Below are positions 55,730 to 64,000 of a DNA stretch of 64,000 bases, one piece after another. The DNA is taken from assembly GCA_016933095.1 (NCBI GenBank), contig JAFGBP010000042.1, positions 19,691-83,690 of the forward strand. The letters are read 5' to 3'. Under the pieces are notes generated by a model. That model was not told the DNA's origin and did not search any database. It saw nothing but the letters and a program-made list of their open reading frames with translations. The stretch's first letter is position 1; each line of letters opens with the position of its first letter. Source of the stretch: Candidatus Woesearchaeota archaeon. Its GTDB lineage: Archaea > Nanobdellota > Nanobdellia > Woesearchaeales > SM23-78. The position numbers and the translations under genes were made by a program.

Positions 55730-57133
55730 TCACCTCCTCAGATCAATGATCTTTTTGAGTTTTGTTTTTGATTCATTGAATAGCCTGCCAGGTTCCACCA
55801 GCTCTATCTGCGCCGGAGGGCAAAATTCTATGATATTGACAATTTGAGAGTACTCAAGCGAAGAGTTAGACAGAGCCTCATTGAATTTTCTGGAAAATGC
55901 GGATTCCATCTCGCGTTTTTCCCGTTCATTGGCAACTTCTTTCTCCACGTAGATGACCATGGCGTCCGAGAAGACGCCATCATTCTCATCTGACTTCCGA
56001 GTGAGCGTCAACTGGTATTTGTCCTCAAATCCTGCTAACTCGGCGGCGCTGTGGATCTGATCAGGATATATGTTGGCTCCTCCATACTGGAAAGTATCAT
56101 CGTACCTTCCCTTGATACGACTGATCAAAGGCAGGTTGAGCCCGCAGCCGCAAGATCCGTTCGGTTCCCCTTTTGAGATCAGATCTCCCATCCGATACCT
56201 GACAATGGGAATCGCCCTTTTTAAAAGGTTCGTTACCACCATGATACCTTCCTTCTGAGGCTCGTCTATAGGTTCTAACGTTTCCTTATCAAGGACTTCC
56301 ATGATCAGGTTCGGAGAATACCAATGCATCCATCCGGATTCCCTCAGGTGATCACATTCGGAAGCAGCGCCATATATCTCGGCACAGCCATAGAGATCAG
56401 AGACAGAAGTCTTGAACAGACGCTCATACCGTTTCCTGTCCGTCTCGGAAAAAGGCTCTCCCGCAAGGACTATCCTCTCAAGACCTAAAGAAGAGATATC
56501 CATTTTAGGCGACATCTTCTTCCAGAAAAACGACAGAAAAGAAGGATAGGTAATCAGATATTTCGGCTTCATGGTAAGCAGCTCTTCAACATGCCAATCG
56601 AACGGGAGATGAATCCCGGCAGTGACAGTCGGGCCGATCAAAGAACATGCGTTGAGTGAGAAAAACTGACTAGGCCATGGACCGCAAGGAAAGAGAGAAT
56701 ATATCTTTCCTCCGGCATCATCGCCGCCATTTGTCTTATAGTATCCCTTCACTCCGGCCAAGAAATTCATGACTGCCGTCTGGACAAAAATGCCCTCTTT
56801 CTCCTGATTGGTCACAGGTATCCTCTTGCATTTCCCTGTGGAACCTGACGTCTGAAGAAACCTCGCGATCTCGTGTTCAGGCACAGAATGAAACTCGTCA
56901 ATCGGATCATCAGTTATGTCTTTGGAAGTGACAATCGGCAGTCTGGTGATGTCAGAAGAGGATTTGATGTGTTTCGGAGAGACACCATGCAGATCCATCA
57001 TGCGCCTATAACGAGCATTGTTATTGTAATGGAAATCCACCAATCCGACAAAAGTCTGAGATTGGGATTCGGCGATGGTCTTTGAGTCTGTGTTTTTCAG
57101 CCGGTCCAACTCGTCTAAGAGCAACTTATCCAT
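55730..57133 (-). CDS. phenylacetate-CoA ligase (PaaK)-family adenylating enzyme
   Basis: QTSGSTG, LAGEP, DLYGCAE, PIVRYRMGD, CGCG, IKGRYDD, GANIYP. Confidence 0.88.
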   Translation of the reverse strand: MDKLLLDELDRLKNTDSKTIAESQSQTFVGLVDFHYNNNARYRRMMDLHGVSPKHIKSSSDITRLPIVTSKDITDDPIDEFHSVPEHEIARFLQTSGSTGKCKRIPVTNQEKEGIFVQTAVMNFLAGVKGYYKTNGGDDAGGKIYSLFPCGPWPSQFFSLNACSLIGPTVTAGIHLPFDWHVEELLTMKPKYLITYPSFLSFFWKKMSPKMDISSLGLERIVLAGEPFSETDRKRYERLFKTSVSDLYGCAEIYGAASECDHLRESGWMHWYSPNLIMEVLDKETLEPIDEPQKEGIMVVTNLLKRAIPIVRYRMGDLISKGEPNGSCGCGLNLPLISRIKGRYDDTFQYGGANIYPDQIHSAAELAGFEDKYQLTLTRKSDENDGVFSDAMVIYVEKEVANEREKREMESAFSRKFNEALSNSSLEYSQIVNIIEFCPPAQIELVEPGRLFNESKTKLKKIIDLRR

Positions 57134-57184
57134 AATACACCTCTTATTCTCTTGCAACTCTGCATTTAATTCAGTCGTCTAATA

Positions 57185-57964
57185 TCATTTAGAGGTCTCA
57201 TCAAAATCGTGCACAACCAATCCCTTGGATCCAATCTCCACAGGATGTATGTCCTCATCATTCTGCACATGCCTCATCTTCCTAACGAGCAGGCTTCTCG
57301 AGTACCGTCCACCCATAGACTCAAAACTCATATGGATTATTCCATCACATAAGAACTCTGATACCGAGTCTCTCGAGTATGCTTCTGATCCTTGCTCGAT
57401 CTCGGAGATTAGCATCGTCGTTATCTCGAGGTCTTGCAATTCACCTATTAGCATGTAGATGAATCTTTTGAGCAGGAAGTCTCCGCTGAGGGTCGGCGCG
57501 TATATGTTGTCTGGCATTATAAGGTCTCTGAGGAACAGGTCGTTTATCGCAGCGTATATGGGGGCGTTTATCGAGAGCGTGGAGAGCGAGTCTATGACTA
57601 GCCTTTTTATCTTGAAGTCTTTCACGTAGGATAGTATCTGGTCGAATGTGAGGTGGTCTATCTTCTTGACGGGTATGCATACGATGTGGAGCAGACCAGT
57701 AGCTTCCAGGGCCTTCAAGTCCCATCCGAACTGTGATGCTTGCCGGATTATGGAGTCCTTGTTCTGCTCAAAGCTCACGTACATGCTTGGTTCTTTGAAC
57801 TTTGAAGCGCCGTTTATTATGTACTGCAAGGAGAAGATGGTCTTTGCGGATCCTGGAGTTCCGCAGAGCAGTATGTTAGATCCGGCAGGGAATCCGCCTT
57901 GCACGAGCTTGTCGAATCCTGGGATTCCTGTCTTGCTCCTCTTAATCATGGTTGCTCTTTTCAT
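57185..57964 (-). CDS. KaiC/GvpD-like ATPase
   Basis: KTGIPGFD..VQGGFP, GTPGSAKT, LVIDS, SEFLCDG, VRKMR. Confidence 0.88.
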   Translation of the reverse strand: MKRATMIKRSKTGIPGFDKLVQGGFPAGSNILLCGTPGSAKTIFSLQYIINGASKFKEPSMYVSFEQNKDSIIRQASQFGWDLKALEATGLLHIVCIPVKKIDHLTFDQILSYVKDFKIKRLVIDSLSTLSINAPIYAAINDLFLRDLIMPDNIYAPTLSGDFLLKRFIYMLIGELQDLEITTMLISEIEQGSEAYSRDSVSEFLCDGIIHMSFESMGGRYSRSLLVRKMRHVQNDEDIHPVEIGSKGLVVHDFDETSK

Positions 57965-58680
57965 GGTCCCACCTGTATTCCTTCGTCTGTTATCTTGAAC
58001 CCGTGGATTCCTCCTTTGATGGAGGATCGCCTCATCTTCTGGACTTCCAGCGTCCTGAGGAAGGACTTTCCTATGGATCGTATGTCTAGTTTCACAACTC
58101 CGTCGCAAAGGTATTCTGATATTCCATCGCTCGTGACGGTGGGCTCGTCTCCAAGCCCTGAGACGTATATTGTGGTCGTGGGTATATCTTTTAGTATCGT
58201 GACGAGGTTGTAGACGAGCTGCTTTGGGGTGTTTGACACGCGGATCTTATCTTGGTAAAGGATGCTGAATTTCTTGTCTCCAGCCAGGAAGAATGGGCTC
58301 ATGGCCAGCAAGGTCAGGTTGTCAAGGGCCATCCTCTCTGCCTTGACCTTTCCTGCCTCCTCAAACACCTTGATGACGAAGTCTCTGTCAACGTCCTCTA
58401 TCTTCAGGGCGTATATCTTCATCAAGCCTTTTCTCATGTATTTCTTGACATCCCATCCTAGCTTTATGCATTGCTCTATGAGTTGCTCTTCTGTCTGGTC
58501 AAAACTGACAAAGAGCCCTGCCTCTCCCATCACGGCGCCTTTATAGATGTATTCCAGGGACATGATGGTCTTTCCGGACCCTGCTTTGCCGAAAATCATC
58601 ACGTTTGATCCTTTTATGAATCCTCCTCCTGTCAGTTCATCCAAACCCTCGATTCCTGAACTAATTCGTTTCATTAGCAT
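57961..58680 (-). CDS. KaiC/GvpD-like ATPase
   Basis: SSGIEGLD..TGGGF, GKAGSGKT, MALDN, SEYLCDG, VQKMR. Confidence 0.88.
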   Translation of the reverse strand: MLMKRISSGIEGLDELTGGGFIKGSNVMIFGKAGSGKTIMSLEYIYKGAVMGEAGLFVSFDQTEEQLIEQCIKLGWDVKKYMRKGLMKIYALKIEDVDRDFVIKVFEEAGKVKAERMALDNLTLLAMSPFFLAGDKKFSILYQDKIRVSNTPKQLVYNLVTILKDIPTTTIYVSGLGDEPTVTSDGISEYLCDGVVKLDIRSIGKSFLRTLEVQKMRRSSIKGGIHGFKITDEGIQVGP

Positions 58681-59134
58681 CACCAGCCACTATGAGCTCC
58701 TGCCTTAGCAGGTTTTCCTGTTGCTTTTCAAGAGTCCCTTTTGAGACTTGTACTATAAACACGCAGCCGTACTCGGCGGCGAAGTCATGAATCGTCTGTA
58801 TGAGGTGAAGCACGTCTTGGAAGGAGTTGAAGCTTATCAAGTATTCTACGCATAGCAGGAGGACTGCGCCTCCGAAGTTGTCCTTCATGAAATGCTCTAG
58901 GTCATATGAGAGCTGCTCGATGTCTTGCGGCGCCAGGTGGGCTTCTGAAGTGTTTATGTTAGTGATCCACTTGGTCCGGATATCCTTTCCTTTGATATAA
59001 GCATCTTCTTTCTGGGGGTGCACGCGCCATACCACTAGGCCTTTTGTCTTAGGGTTGAGAAGTTCTGAGAATTGGGCAAACACCCTGTCAAAGTTATTCT
59101 CGAATATAAGGTATGACTCCCCGTGCTTAAACAT
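58661..59134 (-). CDS. DUF835 domain protein
   Basis: GESYLIFE, KWITN, VLLLCVEYLISFNSF..VLHLIQTIHD. Confidence 0.85.
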   Translation of the reverse strand: MFKHGESYLIFENNFDRVFAQFSELLNPKTKGLVVWRVHPQKEDAYIKGKDIRTKWITNINTSEAHLAPQDIEQLSYDLEHFMKDNFGGAVLLLCVEYLISFNSFQDVLHLIQTIHDFAAEYGCVFIVQVSKGTLEKQQENLLRQELIVAGDANETN

Positions 59135-59351
59135 CTCTTAACCTCTTTTTCACTTTGCGGTCTCTTATGATCTTTTTTTGCCTCTTTTGATGCTGAAGAA
59201 AAAAATAAAAACAAAAAACTTCAACTCGCCCTGCATGCCGTGCCTGTACGCAAAATTTGCGTGTGCAGTTATCTCTGCGCTTCAAATCCCTGTGCGCGTC
59301 GAATCCGTATGTCGGTACAGACGCTGGTCCTAGAGATTCTTGCACGTGTAG

Positions 59352-60065
59352 CTAATGATCCATTAGTTTCAACAGCTTTATGCCTGATTCTGAGATGTCG
59401 AGGAGGAATTGCTCTTCGCTGTGCTTGCATCCTCTCATCTTTACGACCTGCAGAGTTTTTCTCAGCCTGTAGTTCTTCTCTATGTGATCCAGGTATATGA
59501 TGCCGTCGCATATGAACTCCTCCACTCCAAAGTTCGAGTAGCGCCTTGCGCCGGGCTCTACTTCTGAGACGAGGATCGCAGAGCACCCTTTGAAGAGGAG
59601 CAGGTTGCCAAGGTCAAAGAGGAACTTCCTCACGTGGTCAGGGTCGTCGAAGCGCTTGCATATGGCGCTTATTGAGTCGATGACCAGCCTCTTGGGCTTG
59701 TACCTGTCGAGCTGCTCGTATATAAAGTTCAGCACGTCTACTGACTTGAATACTGACTTGTCAGGATTGTCCGCCGGGATGGCGGTTCGCACGTCTACGA
59801 GCACTAGCTTGTTCTTGTTGATCCAATCCTCGTTAAAGAAGGAAAAGGACTTGAAGTTCTCAACCAGCTTTAGGTCTTGCTCGTTTAGCGACAGGAAGAG
59901 GGTTTTTTCGTCCATGTTGGAGCATGCGCCGCATAGGAACTGCATTGTGAGGGTGGTCTTTCCCGTCCCTGCGCTTCCTGCTAGGAGTATGATGTTCTTC
60001 TCAGGTATTCCTCCGTCAAGAATCTTGTCCAGATCTTCAATGTATGTCTTAATCTTTTCTACCAT
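59352..60065 (-). CDS. KaiC/GvpD-like ATPase
   Basis: LDKILDGGIP, GSAGTGKT, LVIDS, EEFICDG, VVKMRG. Confidence 0.9.
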   Translation of the reverse strand: MVEKIKTYIEDLDKILDGGIPEKNIILLAGSAGTGKTTLTMQFLCGACSNMDEKTLFLSLNEQDLKLVENFKSFSFFNEDWINKNKLVLVDVRTAIPADNPDKSVFKSVDVLNFIYEQLDRYKPKRLVIDSISAICKRFDDPDHVRKFLFDLGNLLLFKGCSAILVSEVEPGARRYSNFGVEEFICDGIIYLDHIEKNYRLRKTLQVVKMRGCKHSEEQFLLDISESGIKLLKLMDH

Positions 60066-60218
60066 AACTGCACCTCTGTTTAAAGTTGAACAGTACTCTT
60101 ATGAATTACTCTAATCTTATGAATACATCGAATGCTCCAAATGCTTCGAACGAATATTCAAAACGCTAATATGAGCATCTTTGGAGGGAATCATTTAATA
60201 ATTTTACGTATTTTTCCG

Positions 60219-60341
60219 GAATCTGTTCAAAATATCCCCTAGCCCGCTGCGACCGCCCAGCCATCACATCCTTTAATCGAGTCTATCTTAACCGCGCATG
60301 AGTCATGATGCACAGCCAGGGGCTGCTTTTTGAACAGAATT
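60219..60341. mobile_element. MITE-like element, family A (diverged, 123 bp)
   Basis: tctgttcaaaa/ttttgaacaga ends, core similar to the 8134 copy, flanks gtatttttccg/gtattttcccg. Confidence 0.75.
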
Positions 60342-60430
60342 GTATTTTCCCGAAATATTTTAGACAAAGGGGTATTATTCAAAAATCATGCAAAACAATA
60401 CCATCCAAACCCACGCAAGCTTTATCACAC

Positions 60431-61222
60431 TCATTTCTTCTGGCGAGTAGAAAAGAAGTACCAGACCGCAAGCACGAACAAGACAAAAAGCGATCCTGCA
60501 AGGAACCAGAAAGCCATTGAGAAAGGCTCAGAATGGGGAATCGAAGAAGCCAAAGGAGCAACGTGAGGCATGACAGCATCTGCAACAGGCCTCGCAGCCT
60601 CATTGCCGCCAGACTTTACAACTTCCTGGACAGCACCGTCAACCATTGCTTGGGCTGCCCCTCCACCAGTGGCGCTCGCAGACTCAACCGCCAAATCTGC
60701 GGCCTCATCAGCAACAGAGCGGACCAATAAGGGAGCTGCTTCAGGAGCCAATTTCCCAGCTGCAGAGTCGGCATAGCCAAATGAAGCAAGCTTGGAAGAA
60801 ACCCTGAAAAATCCAAGATTGAACTTCTCAACGATATGGATTATCCCAGCAACACCGAGAGAGACCAAGGCAATCGGAAGCAAGCCTTTAAGCTTATCCT
60901 TGAAGGACTCGACATTCGCCTTCTTAGGAGCTATAATTATCAGCTTGTTGGCAAGGGAATAATGCAGTACTTCTTTGCCCTTTTCTGAATAATGAAACTC
61001 TTCAGTCTGGACAAGATTTGCCTTGAGAAGCGCCTGAAGATTGTAATGCACAGTGGAAAGCGGGACCTTTAGCCTCTTTGAAAGCTCAGTCTCAGTCGCA
61101 GAATCCTCCTCCTTGCTCAAGAAGTCCAGAATCTTCCTCGCAGTGTCATTACTCATCACCTGGGCGAGCGCCTTTGACTCTGACTCCTCCAGGGAAACAA
61201 GCAAAAAAGGGTCTTTCTTCAT
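60431..61222 (-). CDS. ArsR-like HTH regulator with two TM helices
   Basis: ARKILDFL...ETELSKRLKVPLSTVHYNLQAL...YSEKG; hydrophobic segments. Confidence 0.82.
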   Translation of the reverse strand: MKKDPFLLVSLEESESKALAQVMSNDTARKILDFLSKEEDSATETELSKRLKVPLSTVHYNLQALLKANLVQTEEFHYSEKGKEVLHYSLANKLIIIAPKKANVESFKDKLKGLLPIALVSLGVAGIIHIVEKFNLGFFRVSSKLASFGYADSAAGKLAPEAAPLLVRSVADEAADLAVESASATGGGAAQAMVDGAVQEVVKSGGNEAARPVADAVMPHVAPLASSIPHSEPFSMAFWFLAGSLFVLFVLAVWYFFSTRQKK

Positions 61223-61342
61223 CCTGAGTCTCAGAGAGTGTCTTGTATATAAATAATTTTATATGGCTTCAATCCTGGTCGAAGCAATAACATCAAAAGG
61301 ACCCAAAGCACAAACCTGCTTTTTACGCTATTACGAGAAGAC

Positions 61343-63250
61343 TTACAGTTTCTTGCCTGAGAAATCCCTCTTCATCACAAAAGTCTTCTTCTCCTGGCGA
61401 GAATTCCTAAACTTCCGGGCATAAATCTCCTCTGGAGCAGGCTTCTTCACAGGGAGAGTGATGAAGAAAGTCGTACCTACGTCAAGGGCGCTCTCAAGCC
61501 TGACAGTGCCTCCATGAGCCTCGACAATGTGCTTTAGGATAGAGAGGCCGAGGCCCGTGCTCTCAAACTCACCAGTCCTTACGTTCTTGTCGATCTGATA
61601 GAAGCGGTCAAACATGTGCTCCAAGTCATCCTCAGATATTCCCCGCGCATTATCCTCGACAGATATTAGTATATCACCTTCCTTCTTCAGGACGCAATTG
61701 ATGCGAATAACAAGTCTCCTTGTACTCTTGTATTTTATCGAGTTGCTAATAAGATTCTGGAAGATCTCCTTCAGGCGCATGCTATCGGCGTCGATGACAA
61801 GCTTCTTCGGACAGGTAACCTTCACCTTGCCCTTAACCTCGCGAAGCTTGGGAGAAAACTCCTTCACAGTTTCTCTGATGAGCTTCCCAATGTCGACTGG
61901 CTCCCAGAAAAGCTTGGCCTTGCCGGCCTCAAATCTTGAGAGCTCCAGAAGCTCGCATATTATGGAATTCAAGTAGTCTGTGCTTCGAAGGACGATCTCT
62001 AAAGTCTCCTTCTGCTTGGCGTTGAGCTTCCCGAACGACTCATCATAGAGAAGCTGGTTGTAAGCACGCACCGCCGTAAGCGGGGTCTTCAGCTCGTGAG
62101 AGATGTTTGAGAAAAGCACCTCTTTCAATACATCCGTCTCCAGAAGCTTGTTGTTTATCTCAAGCACCTCATTAGCCTGTTCAGCAATCGACTTTTGGGA
62201 CTCCTCAAGCATTGCGAGGAGTATGTTAATGTTATTGCACAGGCCGCAAATCTCATCTCGACCGCGCATCTTCAGCATCCCCTCATCGCACTCAGCGCGC
62301 TTTGACAAGTCCTGAGTCTGTATGACCTTGGAGAAGAAATCATAAAGACCTTTTAGACGGCGAAGGATCACTATGCGAATGAAAAAGTATATGGCAGTCA
62401 GCAATATCAGCAGTCCTGCAAGCATAAAGGCTGTAAACCATGCGAACATCTGGTTCTCGTGCGCGGTCAAATCCCTTGGACGGGTAATCTTGATTATGGC
62501 TCCAGGCCTGTCATAGAAGTCCTGGACTAGCAAGTAGCCGTAGAAAGATCCTTGATCGGAATAAGTAAAAACCTCATCTCCTATCCTAAGATTCTCCTTT
62601 GCCATCCAGAAGTCCTCTGCCATGGAGGGATCGTTAAAATTCCTGATATCAACGTCCAGAAGGAGCTGCATCTCAAGGTTAGAAATGTAATGGTGCAGGT
62701 ACTTAGCAAACAACAGCACTCCGTTCGCCGGGCCCGAATCATCGGACTTCAGGATGGGCCTGGCCACGAAGAGTATAGAGCTGTTCGCGCAGGTCAGGAG
62801 CCCTGATTGGATTTCTGCCTGGCTCCTGTCAAATCCTAATCGCAAGACCCTTTGGCCTCCAAATTCCTTTGCAAAGAGATTTTCGCAGGAATAGGAATCA
62901 TCAGCATACAGCTCTTGCACAATGTGCCCTGACTTATTGGCCAGGATGAACATGTCAATGTCCAGCAGCGCCAGGGTCTCGTCATTCAGGTTCGAGCTGA
63001 TATAATCCTGATTCTTATCTTCTACAAAATTGTATGAGTCATCCCATTGCGACCAGTCGGCAAGGCGGTAGTCGATGTTCTCGAGCATTATCTTCACCTG
63101 GTTAGAAGTTCGGATAAGGTCTCTGTTAAGGAAATCCTCTTCAAGGTTTGCAAAGGAGGACCTTATGAACAGGAAGTAAGCCAATCCGAGCAGCACGAAG
63201 CCTGTAAGCACTATCGACATGAAAACCAAAGTCTTAAGCCCGAGCTTCAT
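61343..63250 (-). CDS. CHASE4-HAMP sensor histidine kinase
   Basis: DWSQWDDSYNFV (CHASE4), SHELKTPLT, NLISNSIKY, EDNARGI, GLGLSI. Confidence 0.92.
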   Translation of the reverse strand: MKLGLKTLVFMSIVLTGFVLLGLAYFLFIRSSFANLEEDFLNRDLIRTSNQVKIMLENIDYRLADWSQWDDSYNFVEDKNQDYISSNLNDETLALLDIDMFILANKSGHIVQELYADDSYSCENLFAKEFGGQRVLRLGFDRSQAEIQSGLLTCANSSILFVARPILKSDDSGPANGVLLFAKYLHHYISNLEMQLLLDVDIRNFNDPSMAEDFWMAKENLRIGDEVFTYSDQGSFYGYLLVQDFYDRPGAIIKITRPRDLTAHENQMFAWFTAFMLAGLLILLTAIYFFIRIVILRRLKGLYDFFSKVIQTQDLSKRAECDEGMLKMRGRDEICGLCNNINILLAMLEESQKSIAEQANEVLEINNKLLETDVLKEVLFSNISHELKTPLTAVRAYNQLLYDESFGKLNAKQKETLEIVLRSTDYLNSIICELLELSRFEAGKAKLFWEPVDIGKLIRETVKEFSPKLREVKGKVKVTCPKKLVIDADSMRLKEIFQNLISNSIKYKSTRRLVIRINCVLKKEGDILISVEDNARGISEDDLEHMFDRFYQIDKNVRTGEFESTGLGLSILKHIVEAHGGTVRLESALDVGTTFFITLPVKKPAPEEIYARKFRNSRQEKKTFVMKRDFSGKKL

Positions 63251-63311
63251 ACTGCTTACTTCAACCTCTTTTTTTAAGTCACTGGTAAATGCTGGAGACT
63301 AACACTTGACC

Positions 63312-63689
63312 CTACTTCTTCTTCAGGAGTTTCTTGACGCTTTCGATCAGGTCTTCATTCTTGAAAGGCTTTGCGATGAACTTATCACAAGCCTGAATCT
63401 CAGGGTCCCACCTCGCATGATCTATCCTGGCTGATAATATGATGACTGGAAGGCTCTTTGTCTGCGGATCATTCTTAAGCCTTTCCAACACGTCTCTCCC
63501 GGGAAGCTTTGGCATCATCAAGTCCAGGATGACAAGATCGACTCCTTTGCTCTTAACAAGATCCAATACCTTGTTGCCGTCATCTTCCTGCAGGACGAAT
63601 ATGTCGTGAGGTTCAAGGATGTTCCTGATCGCATCTCCGATAAAAGCAGAGTCCTCTACTACTAAGACAGTCTTAGCCAAAAAATCCAC
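63312..63689 (-). CDS. single-domain response regulator
   Basis: VLVVEDS, ILDLMMPKLPG, IILSA, IAKPF. Confidence 0.93.
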   Translation of the reverse strand: MDFLAKTVLVVEDSAFIGDAIRNILEPHDIFVLQEDDGNKVLDLVKSKGVDLVILDLMMPKLPGRDVLERLKNDPQTKSLPVIILSARIDHARWDPEIQACDKFIAKPFKNEDLIESVKKLLKKK

Positions 63690-63867
63690 CTCCCTAAGCT
63701 AGGCTATTCCAGCCTGCTAAATAGGCAAAATTCCCTCAATAAGACCCTCCTTGAGAATTCACATTTATTAATGCTTCGGTGAGCCAGCAAACAGTCCATT
63801 CAGCCTCTCCTCCTCAACTTCCAATTATACTTATACTTCCCAATAAAATTCCAAATAAATATCCATA

Positions 63868-63901
63868 AAGCTTCCACTCAAATTTAAGCTTCCACTCAAA
63901 T
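63868..63901. repeat. 16-bp direct repeat with an 18-bp period
   Basis: aagcttccactcaaat twice, upstream of the response regulator. Confidence 0.75.
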
Positions 63902-64000
63902 GGAAACCTACAAGAGATTTAAATACGAGGTATGCTTAAATGACGACAACAAACCATAGAGCGGCGCATGATCCGAACAAGAACCGAAACAGCGCCGGGC

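Noticed and set aside
59239..59324. Further MITE between KaiC and DUF835
   Set aside because: The inverted ends (gcctgtac/gtacagac) are weak and I found no convincing target-site duplication
57185..60065. Circadian clock
   Set aside because: Single-domain KaiC-like ATPases without kaiA/kaiB; these are common archaeal signalling ATPases

Overview
This window looks like the chromosome of a DPANN archaeon, probably Woesearchaeota-like. That is an inference from the archaeal RFC, Mre11, GlyRS, KaiC/DUF835, intron-containing tRNAs, TATA-type promoters and lineage-typical membrane and surface proteins. Housekeeping genes include asnS, glyS, a compact bacterial-type aspS, rfcL, mre11 and fba. There are three intron-containing tRNAs (Phe with 3 introns, Trp with 2, Gly with 1), a type IV pilus-like ATPase/platform locus, a MoxR-vWA operon, toxin-antitoxin pairs and at least six MITE-like insertions with visible target-site duplications. 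Three candidates stand out. (1) A HupUV-like [NiFe] hydrogenase pair whose Ni/Fe-binding motifs are altered, preceded by a tiny unannotated ORF and a divergent Cys-bearing HxlR regulator. (2) A cluster of three KaiC-like ATPases, DUF835, a PaaK-like ligase, a V4R protein and a B12-radical SAM enzyme, which resembles a small-molecule make-and-sense module. (3) A free-standing LAGLIDADG endonuclease that overlaps the triple-intron tRNA-Phe. All calls come from reading motifs by eye; no database searches were run.
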